A stretch of 64,000 bases of DNA from Girardia tigrina (Eukaryota), in NCBI GenBank assembly GCA_001938485.1, contig MQRK01241354.1:1-64000 (forward strand), given 5' to 3'. Of the stretch, positions 1 through 14,306 are shown in pieces (position 1 is the first letter of the stretch; the number at the start of each line of letters is the position of its first letter). Under the pieces are notes generated by a model, which was not told the DNA's origin, searched no databases, and saw nothing but the letters and a program-made list of their open reading frames with translations. A program made the translations under genes and the position numbers.

Positions 1-3
1 TGT

Positions 4-794
4 TGGGGTAATGAGGGCGATTGAGATTTTGATGAAACAATAAGACAAAACAAGAGACTCTTTTTAACAATATTTATATTTTTATGATTACAATTTTTAC
101 AAGCTTTTTATTATATCTTATAATCTTAGGCTATAGAATATTTTAAAGATTTTTGGTAGAGTGGGAAAAGGACGTGCTTTTGCCCACACTTGTGATTTTA
201 ATAAAAGGTATATAAAAATATATATTATTTAANNNNNNNNNNNNNNNNNNNNNNNNNNNNNNNNNNNNNNNNNNNNNNNNNNNNNNNNNNNNNNNNNNNN
301 NNNNNNNNNNNNNNNNNNNNNNNNNNNNNNNNNNNNNNNNNNNNNNNNNNCAGACTGATCGCGTTTCAATCTGACTTAATTAACTTCGCGTTGGTCTGTT
401 TCTGATTTAATTAAGTTCGCGTTGGTCTCGTTTACCTTGCTTGACCTTTGATGTACTTCTTAATTAACTCTTGTACTTTAAGGAAACCTTTTATATCTTC
501 TTTTACAGAGACTTCCACGTTCTTGTCTTTCTTTAAATTGTGTTCCTTTAAATTAGGTTCTTGTGTTCGTCAAATTATGTTCGTACTTCTTTAAAATTCT
601 TTCTCTTTATATATTCTTTCTGTAATTTCTAACTCTGTTTATTTATTTTAAAATAACTTCGATTATTGCTTTCATATAAATATCCTGATTCTTTTATTAA
701 ATTGTTTATAACTTTATTCACTTTTAATTCCACTATTTATATATATAATATAATTAATAAGATAAATAGGGTAAACAAGATTTATTTAACCCCA
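4..794. mobile_element. Solo-LTR-like element (spans a gap)
   Basis: Inverted ends TGGGGTAA...TTAACCCCA (TG..CA); ends resemble the 28807-29107 solo LTR; internal ~30-bp tandem duplication at ~370-430. Confidence 0.4.
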
Positions 795-1176
795 TAATTA
801 AAACAAGAATACATAATATTGATTTTAAACTAAAATTGATTTTAACACAAATTCTTATACTGAACAAAATAAAGATTACATAATCAACAAATTTAGAATA
901 ATTCTAAATTTGTATTATATAACTATTACGGAGTCGAGAGCAGAGTTAACCTTTGACTCTCCTTTTATTCTATATATAAATGATGTATGTGTATTTGTGA
1001 TTTAGTTTCATTAAATATATTTTAGTGCAGATCTTTTGTCTTCTAACAATTTAGAAAATCATTAATAAATAGATTCATATTTAAATTTGCTTTAAAGCCT
1101 AAACATTACTCTATAATTTGATACCAAGTATGACATTATTGTTGTTAATTTAAGGTGTATTTATTTAATTTTAGAA

Positions 1177-1303
1177 ATGTTAGAAAAGAAGGAAATGAGA
1201 ACAATTTTAATCTACGATTTCAAACTAGATCAAAAAGCGACAGAAACGGCTCAGAATATTAACAATGTATTTGGACAACATACTAATAATTTACGAACAG
1301 TAC
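1177..1303 (+). mobile_element. Mariner (cecropia/Hsmar1-like) transposase N-terminal HTH fragment, interrupted by an insertion
   Basis: MLEKKEMRTILIYDFKLDQKATETAQNINNVFGQHTNNLRTV resembles the Hsmar1/SETMAR N-terminus. Confidence 0.75.
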
Positions 1304-1519
1304 TATTAGGTTCGTGATTAAAATTGGAAGTCATAATTTTGTAAACTTTATTTCTACTACAATTTTCATTATTGAAACAAATTTATGAGGAACAATATTT
1401 TAATTACATAATCCAGATCTTAAAATTCTAAATATAAATAATAATATAAATAAATATATAAATATGTTATTTTATTCAATTTTGCATAAATTTAGATCTT
1501 TAAAAATATATTTATAAAT

Positions 1520-2130
1520 ATCGTTGCAGGTGACCCCGCTTTTTGCACTTGAAATGCAACCTCGGATCGACACCACCGTTGTCATTCGATACCGGTGGCC
1601 ATCGATGTTCCACTTGCTGGCTCGACTGGATAACTCTTGCCCGTGTTGAGCTACTGGGATCATGTCAAGCAGGGGAATCTCTCTTTTCTCGGTCTTCGAC
1701 GCTAAGAATTTCGATGTTTCCGCCGGAATGCCTGCCAGAAACGCATGCCGCAGGAATTGTTCCTGGAGTTCCAACCCCACGCAGATTACCGTTACGAGTC
1801 GTTCGCTGGGCTGCCATAAATTCCTCTATCGATTCTCGTGGTGGAAGGCTTCTCGACCTGAATTCCTTAAATGTCTCCTGAGGACTGGGCCCATTCGCAG
1901 CTGACAGTGCGGCCTTTACTGATGCGTAGTTCTTTTGGTCCTCTTTAGTTAGTCCTGCAAATAAATCAAAGGCTCTTCTAGCCAGAAACATCGGTAGAGC
2001 CGCCATCTTGTCAACTTCACATACTGACACCGCGGCTTCAAATTTTCGGTACCCGATCCCAAAGTCGCGAAATCCATCGAACATTCGGACAGCGTCTGTG
2101 AATTTCACACGCTTCATGTCGCTATAGCTT
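1520..2130 (-). mobile_element. Ty3/gypsy-type LTR retrotransposon remnant (Gag N-terminus joined to downstream sequence)
   Basis: MKRVKFTDAVRMFDG...LPMFLARRAFDLFAGL...NYASVKAAL...EFRSRSLPPRESIEEF is Gag capsid-like; GC-rich island. Confidence 0.72.
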
Positions 2131-2429
2131 GTAATGAAAATTAAAATAAAAATTCGACCACGCACTATTATATATTTAAATTTATAATAATCTGCGTCAA
2201 TCACAAATTCAAACAAAGGAATTTAATTTTCCAATTAAATTACAATTCTGCCTCACAATATATACTAGTTAATATATTAAATTAGTTAAATAATATAGAA
2301 GTAATTAAGACCATAATTAAAATTTTTAAAGAGGAGGATTCTCTCAAATTTTTAAAAAAATTTCTTAAAAATTTTGGAGAGTTCACATTTTGAACATAAG
2401 AATCTTAAATTATTCTTAGTAACATGCTG

Positions 2430-2620
2430 TTAAAACACTTAGAGCTAATAAAAATCGTAATTCCAATTTTTTTCGTAGGTGATTTATCTCCATAATCCCC
2501 TTTGAGTAAGTGCCTGTTGCTAAATAACCTTTCTGGACTGACGGTAGGATATGGTAACTTAAAAAAATAGACTCCTAAACTAACAAAACAACTAAAAGTT
2601 TGTTTAATTAATTCCATAAT
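2430..2620 (-). mobile_element. hAT transposase C-terminal dimerization-domain remnant
   Basis: LPYPTVSPERLFS resembles hATC 'P.TSV.SERLFS'. Confidence 0.4.
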
Positions 2621-4779
2621 GCAATGTGCTCAGCAGATAAATTACGATTACAATAATTTCATGCATCGAGATGCACACATATGTGTTATTAAATTTTATG
2701 GTTATTAGCTTTGTAAAAGAGACTGAAAACCAAAAATCCTAATGCGGCTATCAGTAGTATAAAGCATATGTATCACTACTAAATATCTTTCAGAATTACG
2801 AGGAACGATATTACAAACTATTAGTATATGATGGACAACTCTGATGTAACCTTTTTCATTTAATTAATTAAATTAAATAATTCATTTTAAGTTTAATAGT
2901 CGAATCGTCACAAAGAAATACTGTCTATAATGCTATGACTATAATTATTGTAAGAGTACTCGATGAAATACTCTGCCATCAATCATTATTATTAATACAT
3001 CATATATATTAATAATTATCATAAAATGTGACATCAAATTACACAATAATAATTTTTATTAATAAAAAACTACTGTTAATTTTCAAACAATTAATTCCAA
3101 ATTAACAAATACGATTTGTTTAAAATGATAAATTGTATCAATTATAACTGACGCTATTTCAAATTTATCAATATCATGTTTTGAAGTCATTTAACTGAAA
3201 ATTTCTTCGTATAAATAAAATTTTATTTGAATTATTTCTTTCCAAAAAATAAACTTTCTACTATCAATTAATATTTTCGTTTATTTTTTCTTTAACGATA
3301 TTCAAATTAGCTTTAGTGAAATTCCATTTTAAATATTGAGTGATTTTTTGATTTTAGAACGATAGTATTGATTTGAAAGAGCTTTTCAAAGAATTGAGAT
3401 TGAATTTCCTGTGAGTCAAAATTTTAAATAATTTTATTTAATTTTTTCAAATATTTTTTTTGTCGTTATTGCATCAATTTATCATTTGAAAAAAATATAT
3501 AATATTTATAAAATTTTAATATCAATTTGAATATTATTGTGTTTTAAATATTTTTTGAATTATTTATTTTTTTTAAAATTTATTTACTTTATTTATTATA
3601 TTTTATTTAAAATTTGTTTGAAATCGATTGATTTAGAATATCTATAAACATTTTACCATGACGGGAATGTTGTGTATTGTTTGAGATTGTGTCTCTCCAC
3701 TCGGATTACTAATTGATATTTTAAATCTTATAATATAAAACTAATTTAAGTTTAAGCTTTAAATTTCTTTTAAATTTAAAAATCGCTGTAAAATTTTGAA
3801 TGGTTTGTTCAATTTATTTATTTTATTTATTTAAATAAATAAAACAAATTAATTTTTAAAAATAATTTTAATTCTTTTTAATTTCAACCAATGAAATTAA
3901 TTGGATATGTATTTTTTAAATATTCAATTATCATATTTTGATTTGAATATTTTGAAATTATAAATATTAATCAATTTTAACAATTCAAACCGAAGAGGGT
4001 TTTGTTAATTATTGTCCTGTAAAGAAATCAACTTGTAATAATAAAAATGTCGAAAATCATATCAAAGTTCTTTATATTAATCAGAGGAATTAGTTTGTTT
4101 TTAATATAGCTGATCGAGATTAAAAAAAATTCGAAACTTAACAAAGATTTACAAATTATAAAATCTAAGAAGAAATTAAATATTTAAGATTAAAGTTAAT
4201 TGTTTTTTAAATGATTTAGATTTAATATTAAAAAATTGTAATTATTTAAAATAAATTTTTAATGTTTTAAAATTAATTCAAAATTAATTTTCTTTTAAGT
4301 TAAATATTTAAAATAATTTGTATTAAATTTTGTAATGCATTTTAAAATGTTTTTAACGATTTTATTGAGTATAAATAAAAGATTCTTTATATAATAGAAA
4401 TCGGGTAAATGTTTATTAATTAAAGAAAATTAGCTAAAAGCAATTAGTTAAATTCAAAAAAATCGGAAATAACTTTTGGTTCAGCCTAAAAATAAAAATA
4501 TAATAAAATGATAATATAATTCGGAGGAATATTTCGAAACATTAAGTATATTTTGTATGTTTTTCGTATTACCTCATCTACCTAGAATATCGATAGATAT
4601 TTTTGAGTGTTTAATGATCCGGACGGTTCGAACAGAATTTTGAATTTAAAATCTAAAATCTTAATTGACTATTATTTTTTAAAATTTGAATTCTATTAAA
4701 TTGAAAAATTAATTTTTGAAAATAATTTGTGATATGAATGTTAGGGGTTCTTTTTGGTGAACTGAAAATTTTTATATTT

Positions 4780-5290
4780 TTAAATTAAAAATCATAATTA
4801 TATTTGAGATAAATTAAAAAATAATATTTTACTAATTAAATTGAAAGAATTTTAGAAAGAAGTTATATATAAAAAATTCAAGTTTATAGATAATATTTTT
4901 ACTAATTAAAATGAAATAAGTTTTATAAAAAGTATAGTGTAATGATAATATTTTATTAATTAAATCGAAAGAACTTTTATAAAAAAATTAGGTTTAAAAT
5001 CACAATTAAAATAACAGTTTCAGAGTAAAAGAATATTGTAAAGAAATTTTGATATATCTTGTAAAACTTTTTTTAAAATAAAAAATCATAATGTTTATTG
5101 AATTTAATTGTCAACGGAAAGTTTTATTAAAAAAAATAATTTATTGAATATTTTAAAATCAAGTTCTAAAATAAAAATCATAATGTTTTATTGAATTTAA
5201 TTGTCAACGGAAATTCTCATTAAAAAATTATTTATAATTGAATTTTTAAAATTAAAGAAAAATTATTTAGGAATTGAATTTTTAAAATAA
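4780..5290. repeat. Degenerate AT-rich tandem repeats
   Basis: Recurrent ATAATATTTTACTAATTAAA units, and a duplicated AAATCATAATGTTT(T)ATTGAATTTAATTGTCAACGGAAA. Confidence 0.6.
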
Positions 5291-5999
5291 TTTTAAAGAT
5301 CTAAATTTTATATTAGATCTTCTTTTATATTCAAAATTAATAAACATTGTAAAAAATAATAAAACAAAAACAAAATATGATTTGAATAAAATAACATATA
5401 TATATATATATATATAGATTTATCGATATTATTAATTATAAGAAGAGTTTAAAATCTGGTTATGTAACTGAAATATTGTTCCTCATAAATTTGTTTGAGT
5501 AATGAAAGTTGTATTAGAAATAAAGTTTGCAAATAATGACTTTGAATTTTAATCACGAACCCAATAATGAAAATCAACCTAAATCTCGAAATTCAAAAAA
5601 AATTCAAAATTAAAATATCAATAAAATAAATAAAATATTATTTTTATGAATAATAAGCTTTTCAAACTCTTAATTTAAATCAAGAAATATGCCTTTGAAT
5701 GAAAGCTTAACTACGGAGCATCACAAGGATGATCCAAATTGTGTTTCTAGTACAATTTATAACCAACGTGTGAGTTTTCTTAACAATAATAAAATCCAAT
5801 TTTAATTTATCAAAATATTTTTGATTAATAAGGGCATCCAGTTTAATATTTATTTAAAGATTTTATGTATTGACTCAGCATTATTTTGCCAATTTTGAAT
5901 GCTATTGAGTTATAGCGTCTAATCAATAATGATACTAATAACAAACTGGCGATCGTCATGGCAATCTAAACTTTTTATAGAACAGAAAACTGATCTTTT

Positions 6000-8900
6000 G
6001 AAGTTAATAAGGTTCTACTCTTACAAATAAACTAATACCAAATCTCTATTATGTCTATGAGCCTCAGACTCTTTAAAGCGTCCCACAAAGAAAAGAGTCC
6101 TTCCGCGCTCTCTTCGGCATACTTTTATATAATTGATTAAGCATTGAAATTATATAATGACGGACAATATCAGTGTCTCAATTCGTGTATTTCATATAGC
6201 ATTAAAACGGACAGTTGAGAGTTTGTGTCTAATATATACCTGCCACTAGGAACTCCAATTACGTTTCGATATCCGTCTCCTACACTTCTGTCTCAGCAGA
6301 ATTCTGATGCTCTGTTGGTTTTAGATTTTCGGAAATTGGTTCATCTGATGCTTGCATTTCTTCTTTTCGTAGCTTGATTCTCTTGGTATCTGTATTTCTG
6401 TTTGAATCTGATTTTATCCTACCTTTTAATCGCCTTTAATATGGAGTACTCTTCAGCCAGATGTCCAATATGATTTAGATCAAAGATGACATTAAAAACC
6501 TTTTCTCGACTCCGTTGATTTTTAATCATTTTTATAAGTGTCGGATGACTTTATTCTGTTCTATAAAGGTATGAAAACAGTTATGTTCCAAGCTCGTGAA
6601 TAGATTTGATCTGCGTTTGATAAATTTTAACATGACATTTTAAGACTGTCTTAGTATGCACTGATTGCATATTGGGGAATTGATTTGGTTTCAAGATAAA
6701 CATTGTCTTGAATAATTAACTGCAATAAGGTATTATATGATGCAGTTTCTCCAAACAGCCATTCGAGACTATTTCATAGGCATTCTGATAAGTGTTGTTT
6801 CCTTCTGCTCCTCTACTTTTTTAATCCGAACATGAAGGAATCCATGACTCTCTCGGTTATTTTTGGACCATTGATGGGAGACTCGAAATCGTTTAAAGGA
6901 ATTCATCTTTTGACAATAATGTCCATTGTATTAGACAATTGAATTTAATTTCTGGCATCATCACCTTATTCAAAAGTTGTTTTTAATTATTTATGAGACG
7001 CATTTTCCCATCGATCCTTAAAAGTCCGATCTATTTAATTTAACCAATTCTCTAGTTCTGGATTCACCCAGAGGAAACTTGAGATGACGACAATGATCAT
7101 TTGTCAAGTCAGGATATCGATCTCGGAGCTAACAGTTTCTCGAGCATGTAAAAAATAATCCAGACTCAATCTCTTATGAAAACATATCTACAACGACCAA
7201 ACCCCATACAGAAACAAACTCGAATAATTGAAACTTATGATAAATCTTGCCTCAGATCTTCCTCTGAGATACAACAGTTCTTACTGCCATTCTCTTGACT
7301 GTTCTATGTATGCGCTTGATTGTTCCGCTACCTGATTCACGGCAAGCACAACGATACGAGATTGATATTCCCCATTCGTAGCACACATTTCTAAATATTA
7401 TCGATTCTAAGCCCACTCTTTTATCAACGAGTATTTATTTCAGAGATCCATGGACACGAAATACATTTTCCATTACTCGAGTTATTTCTTCTTGTCTTTT
7501 ATGTGGATCTATTTCCGTACATATTACTTACTGGGACCACATATTATAATAGTAAGAAACATACTCCTATTTTAATGTGTAATGTCACTAGCCAGCCGCA
7601 CTCAATACTTCTCCGAAAAGATGCCCTTGTTCCAATTTAACATACGTCAGGTTAATACTCTGACACTGTCTACAGTTTTCTATTATTTTTATACGTCCTT
7701 CCTTCCAACCTGTAACATTGAAAGACTTTTATTAATGAAATAGGGATTTTTATCACATATCTATTAATCCAAGTATTACAATTGTTAAGATCTCTCATTC
7801 TTATGTATTTTCCAAAAACTCTGGTCAACTCATCTTCATTCTTTATCGAAGAATTTACTTGACACTTACCTTCAACGCGCATTCGCAACAATATCGTCAA
7901 ATAATGATATTTGTAGACGTCTGTTATCTGAGCTAAGATCCATCTTCAATAACTGTAGCCGATTATATTATAATTTCGATAATATTTAAGTTCCTTTTTG
8001 TCGAAATCGAGTCCCTTTTATAATAACTTCTAATTCCACCATGCGTACCCTCGTCCACCTTTCTGATCCAAACCATAGTGTCAAATATGCAATTGTCGAT
8101 TTCGACCGCCACACTGATAGCCAAACTTCTCGCTTCATGCCAAATTCATCATGTTATTGAGATTGGCACAGGCCGCTCACCATGAACTGGGTCAACATAC
8201 TGTATGTAGTTATTGGTATATCCCATCATTCTTTTAGTTTGCATATCAACTTAATCATTCCATTTATTGCCGTTTGTAATTCGTTTTACATGGTTATACA
8301 TTGTGACAAGCTTGAATACTGGAAGTGACAAATTAAATGACCACAGTAGACATAGACTCCTCGACGCTTTAGCACGTCATTCAGTTTGCATTTTGATTAT
8401 CTCGTCTCCACATTAACACATTGCCAATATCATGAGTCATGTGCAACCCAAAATATTCTACTGTCACCTAAATCCTCTAGTAGTTTTACCTCTAACCCAT
8501 ATTTCTTCTAGGTATCGCGCTCTCATTTATAATATCATAGACTTAATTGTCCGTAGCCTTCTAAATGATAGAGTCTAGGGTAGTATATTGTGTACTATTG
8601 CTGACATTATTTTTGGAGCAGCATGTAGCCAAAATCTAAATCAGGTTAAGCAATATTGCCTACTTTGTAACTAAAATACTCGATATTTCCATAGCAAACT
8701 GTCTATATGATCACTGACAATGCTCCACCGGAAAGGAATAATGCAACAAATGATGGTAAGTCATCAACCTTTTGCAAACTACTAGCTCGCTCGACTTTCC
8801 TGATCCATTCAGAAAAGTCGTCAGTCCCAGAATATTGGGTGATCAGCTTGCTCATTTTAAAAAAAACATCAATTGACACGAAAATGGCCGCCACAACTTA
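6000..8900 (-). mobile_element. Heavily degraded gypsy-like LTR retrotransposon
   Basis: Gag start MSKLITQYSGTDDFSEWIRKVE...LPSFVALFLSGGA (8703-8855), related in type to the 1520-2130 Gag; PBS-like TGGCGGCC near 8890; elevated GC downstream. Left boundary uncertain. Confidence 0.55.
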
Positions 8901-9358
8901 TTAGATTAAATCAAAGCCAACACTGAAGACTTTATTTAAATAACATTAAGTTTAATTTCTGGCGCTCATGGCCACATTCAAACAACATAATTTTTAGTTA
9001 TTTATCATACACAATATTATTCAAATCATTCAATCTGTCTCCAAAATTATTTAACTCGGTTATAATTAGAATTATCTCAAAATTTCTATTTAAAGGACAA
9101 CGATTATATGACTCTTCCAAAGGTTGGGCGCTGTCATCCATGCTCTTCATTTGATGTTCAAAATAACTAAATTCATAACCTCATCGATTTTGGTCAGGAC
9201 TGGTACCAAAAACGGGTAACGATCTTGTCAACCCAGCGGTGTTTAAATTTTACCTCTCACCATACCCATTTCGGTAAAAACTACGTTCATTGGCACCGAC
9301 AGAGATTTTTACAGAAGGGGTCAAATATTATATTTCAAAAATACGTAGATACATGTAT

Positions 9359-9360
9359 AT

Positions 9361-9420
<60 letters not shown>
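9359..9420. repeat. (CA)n(TA)n microsatellite; other (TA)n tracts at ~5396, 14272, 29290, 36948, 37442, 55000
   Basis: Direct inspection. Confidence 0.95.
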
Positions 9421-9424
<4 letters not shown>

Positions 9425-10607
9425 AAAATAAAATAAACACTTAAATTTGAGTTTTATTCTACTTACGTGAATCTTGCTTGAATAAAAATTGAAGCCTTCG
9501 GTCAGTAATAACAATTACGCTCAATAATTGTGCTATACATGATTTTGTCTTGTTGCTCTTATTTTTATCATGGGTATATGTGACAGACAAAGGCTAAATA
9601 AAATAAAGTTTTGATCTTTCGTAATGTACCTCTCTAATGTGCAAGTAATTGTATGAAAAGTTAATAAAATGAAAATTACATGGCGGATATCGCGGAACAA
9701 ACAAGTTTTAACTGCAGATTTTAAAGCCGGAAATTCAAAATGACATAATTCAGTGTTTTGTCATGTAGAGTACATATAATATCAAGTCCTTGCTTCATTT
9801 TCGAAATTTTTGATATTATAAGGCTTATTTATAACACTCCATTTTTCGAAGTACTTTGGACGATTGAGGTTATTAGTTTAAATATGATTTAGTAAGAAAA
9901 GATTCAATAACTTTCATAAATAAGGCATTTCAAAGAATTAATTATTGAATCTAAAAATAGTATAAATAATGTTTCAACATTATTACCATTGAATGTCATT
10001 GTAAAAGATTCCAAATAATGACAAATATGTTGAAAAAATTCAAAAATATCCCTTAAATCTTGTGTTTACTTGTTCAACGAGTTGCACAAAATAAAAGTGT
10101 GGTTTGAACTAACGATTTTCTCAAAGAACTTCCACAAAATAAAATGATTACAGCTTTAATGGTTGTTAAAGTATTTCGAATCTTAGAAACTATCTTGTTA
10201 TCAGTAAGTACTGAATTCAGTCTTGGAGAAGCGCTTAGAACAAATGCAGCATAGTTATTCCTTTTGTTTAATACCCCTTATCTTTTCAATACATGGAAGA
10301 AAACCAATCATATCGGATTTGGTGCAGATCGAGATAGAAGATTCTGCATTGACTTACAATTGAACATCAATTATGTACGGTTTTGCAGAGGTACAAATGC
10401 CATCAGTTGACAAATGGTGCTCTTGCCTATGATGATAACATCTTTGCAACAATTATAAGAGCGTCACTGTTCTTTATTTATGCGTTGCTTCTATTTAGTT
10501 TTTGAAATTATTTTGTATTTAATTAAATTCAAGTAATCCTTTTTTCAAAATTGAATAAAAAAATCTTTTATTAATAAATATTAATTACTTAATTATTAGT
10601 TTATATA

Positions 10608-11514
10608 AAGGGTGGGCCAAAAGTAATTACACAATTTATTCTGTTTATATTTTTTTCAGGTTTACTTTTGTTTAAAATTTTTAAAATTATTTTATTCCAC
10701 GGGCCTTGAATTTTTATCATGCCAAGATACACAACGGAGCAAAGAATATTTATGATCGAATCTTCAATAAAATTCAATAATTCAATTATTTCTGTTCAGC
10801 GCGAATTTCAAAAGCGTTATAAAACTAAAAATGTTCCAGAGAGAAGAACAATTTTAAATATTTTAAATAATTGTTTGACTTCTGGATGTGTGGTAGATTT
10901 GCCAAGATTTGGGCGTCCTAAGATTGTGAGATCCGAAGAAAATATCCAACGCGTAGAAGAAAATGTTCAATTCAAACCAAGATTATCGACAANNNNNNNN
11001 NNNNNNNNNNNNNNNNNNNNNNNNNNNNNNNNNNNNNNNNNNNNNNNNNNNNNNNNNNNNNNNNNNNNNNNNNNNNNNNNNNNNNNNNNNNNNNNNNNNN
11101 NNNNNNNNNNNNNNNNNNNNNNNNNNNNNNNNNNNNNNNNNNNNNNNNNNNNNNNNNNNNNNNNNNNNNNNNNGTATATAAATAAGCAAAATTGGAGGTT
11201 CTGGGGTTCAGAAAATCCCATGGAGGTTATTGAACGAACTTCAAATCCCCAAAAATGCACAGTGTGGTGCGGTATTACTTCTAAAGCAATAAATTGGCCT
11301 TATTTTTTCGAAGATACTGATGGTCACCAAATCAATATGATGTAGAATTTGTCAATCGGGAAATGGAAAACTCCTAAATAATGTCATCTTTAAAAGATAA
11401 ATTAATAAAATATAACTTCTAAAGTTTATTTTTGTTTTATTGTTTGTTAAATTTAATAAAAGGAAAAGAAACTATAGGTTAAATAAATTGTGTAGATACT
11501 TTTGGCCCACCCTT
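10608..11514 (+). mobile_element. Tc1/mariner-superfamily element (DUF4817-HTH, DD41D/rosa-like), internally deleted
   Basis: TIRs AAGGGTGGGCCAAAAGTA..TACACAATTT at both ends with TA TSD; ORF 10719 MPRYTTEQRIF...GRPK...YINKQNWRFWGSENP...TVWCGI...PYFFE; C-terminal catalytic part missing. Confidence 0.85.
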
Positions 11515-11919
11515 TATTATGTTTATTTATTAACTAAGCGTAACATATTTGAATTATATTTCAGTATAAATATACAATTTAATATTGTTATGCATCTTCA
11601 TTATAACTCCCATCATATAACAATATCTGGAACGGTCTTTTTAGTTTGGTCCTAAAGGGATGTTAATAACAACAATGTTTTACTTGATTTTAAAATTTCT
11701 TTCTCAATAATAAAAGTTTCTTCAACATCTATTTTGATCTATTTTTTATTAGATCACCATACCACTCGACCCAGTATTAGTCGAAATACACTTGATTACC
11801 CAAATATATAATTGTTATTACATTATCAATGTGTATTCGAAAATCGAAAATGAATAAAATTACAAAACAGTTAATTAATTTCTGATGAGAGTAATTAAAA
11901 TTTGTTTATAATAAATCCG

Positions 11920-12370
11920 TAACGGAGAGTGTGTCTGTGTAAAGCTGCATCGGTATCTCATACACACACACAGGAATTGATTTCAAGAATCACTTGTTTG
12001 TAAAAAGACTTAAAGATGTTGATGGAAAAAAAACGTTGTCTTTTGAGCATTTTAAGTGATCTTTTCGGATTCCTATGACTGTTTAATTGATTATGAAATG
12101 AGAAAATGCTTTTGAAAAGATCACAATTTAATAAAACATCAACGAAATTGTAATTTAGAAAAGTGTGTGTGTGTGATCACCGCACACACACTTACCCACT
12201 CGAGTATCGAGTCTCAGTGTTTGCTTGTGCAGCAATGTTCCCACAAACACACACAGACGCACACATACACATACAGCGACACTGTGATTGCATTAGCGCA
12301 TCTCCATCGTCGACAGATGCCGTCGTACAGATCTGCACTAAAACACAGTTTGTGTCGATAGATCGCATTT
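11920..12370 (+). promoter_or_regulatory. Probable promoter / 5' regulatory region of the cyclase gene
   Basis: GC-richer, CA/GT-repeat-rich non-coding island just upstream of exon 1; no TE hallmarks seen. Confidence 0.35.
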
Positions 12371-12498
12371 ATTGATTATTAATATGTGAAAATCCTTTTT
12401 TTATTTGAATTTCTGCTAAAAAATCAATTTGAAAAAGTCTTAATGGTTTTTTTCAACCGATCCTAGATTCTCAACCTGCCTTAACATTACCGACACCA

Positions 12499-13177
12499 AT
12501 GAGCTATACGGCGATTCCGCCGCAAGATCGCGCCCTTAAATCTTCGTGTAACGGATATGTTAAACGATCGACACTACGAGTCGAGCGCAATTCGAGCTTA
12601 AAATCTCCGAGTTCGTTACAAAGACGAGCATCGGGACCAATTATTCCGAATTCGCTGCGCAAATCAGCCCCCGAACACCAGGAGATTTATGAGGGGTTCA
12701 CATTTCTCGATGAACAGAGGCGCAAGAATACCGACATTTGTCCGGCCCTTAAATGTCCCCAGTTTCTCGATCATTACGTGTCTCTCGACGAGTTCTGTCA
12801 GTTCTTCAAGTGCGGCACCGAGTCCATTAATCCGTTTGCATTTAAAAACATTAATCTCGAACGCATTTATGCCAAATATTTCTCTCTCGTTTATCGGTCG
12901 ACTCAGTTGACACGATTCTTTCTGTTAACCGGGCTCTTTTGCCTCGTTCTCGGACTGCTGGAACTCGTGCCAGGTTTTTTTGTCGGGAATCTCACAACCA
13001 ATGTTCGGTGCTGGATCTGTGTCGCTCTCGCTCTCTTTGCCATCATTCCTCTCGTCCACATCAACTGTCATAAGTGCATGAGACCTCAGCACATGGGATT
13101 TCTCAAGTTGCTCGGATTCATTCTCTGCTGCGGCATTCTCTTGGGCGTCTCACCTCTCTGGAGCAGCTTCACAAAAG
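12499..13177 (+). CDS. Adenylyl cyclase-like exon 1 (N-terminal cytosolic tail + TM1-3)
   Basis: GC-richer 231-aa ORF; FKNINLERIYAKY pre-TM motif followed by three hydrophobic segments; donor AAG|GTTCGG, phase 1 matches exon 2. Confidence 0.85.
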
Positions 13178-14268
13178 GTTCGGTCTATTTATAATTTTTG
13201 TTGAGAAAGGAATAAATATTTTTGAAAAATAGTAGCAAGTTATTTTTTATTTCTGATATAAATTTGCAAATATAATTTGATTTATATTAAAAAAAAACAA
13301 TAAAATCTAAAATATTTAATGTTAATTTTTAAATAAAAATATGTATGAAATGTAATTAAAATTAATGTAAATAAAATTATATTTACAAATTTATACAAAA
13401 ATATCTTTGCATTATTTTCATTTTTATTCCTATCTCAACATATTTTCTACTTATTCTATTTAATTTTAGTAAAACGTTTAAAAAATCTTTTTTATTATAA
13501 AAGTAGAGAAAATAAGAGAATGTGAAACAGTTTTTTACTTTAAAAATAGTTGTTTTTCATGTAATCCAAAATAATATTCAAAAAAGGGTTAGGTTAGTTA
13601 TGTTATAATACATTTTTAATTAAACTATATAATTAAAAATTTAATATATTTTTTCTTTTTTTTTAAAATATTATATATGAATAAAAAATAAATTATAATT
13701 AGACACTTATTTGGGATATGATTAAGTATATTTTACAATAAATATTTTTATAATATAAAATATATTCATATATTTAGTAATTTTAGTATTATGTAAGGTT
13801 CAAATTTAAAAATTTATAAAACAATTTCATTTTTTATTTCAGAACTCCCATTTGTGTAGATGTAAAATCAATTTTATTACCTGAGAACGGATTAATCGTT
13901 TTTACAGTACTTTTTAAGGTAAATATAAAGTTGATAAATGACCAATTCGTTAACAGTGCCAACATCAGGAACTGATAAAGGTCGTATACTGAGGTACGAC
14001 TCATTATCATCCTTGTAATCAAACATACATTTAAATACAGAAAAGTCGACTATAAAAGATCAAAGAAGTAGAAAACAATAATTGTTTTATATTCATTGTC
14101 TCTAAAGATTGTTATCCAAGATCGAACTTATTATGTCCTCGGTTTCTCAAATTGTTTAAATTACCCTATCTGAATATATTAGTCTTTATTTTATCTAAGA
14201 TGATACATTAATTTAAGTTTATTGTTATTTTCATGTTCCTAATTATGCTGTTATTCAAACTCTAAACA

Positions 14269-14306
<38 letters not shown>

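Larger units (their letters stand above)
1306..5564. mobile_element. ~4.3-kb non-autonomous element with long (~200 bp) imperfect terminal inverted repeats, TA-flanked
   Basis: TA|TTAGGTTCGTGATTAAAATT...ACAAATTTATGAGGAACAATATTT... at 1306-~1510 is the reverse complement of ~5285-5564|TA. Confidence 0.7.

Noticed and set aside
1472-1904. Overlapping short ORFs; likewise the antisense ORFs over the mariner and Tc1 elements
   Set aside because: Shadow frames of GC-richer TE coding sequence.
13981-14000. GTCGTA/TACGAC hairpin near a CTGATAA
   Set aside because: No CUGANGA-stem-GAAA arrangement on either strand, so not a hammerhead.
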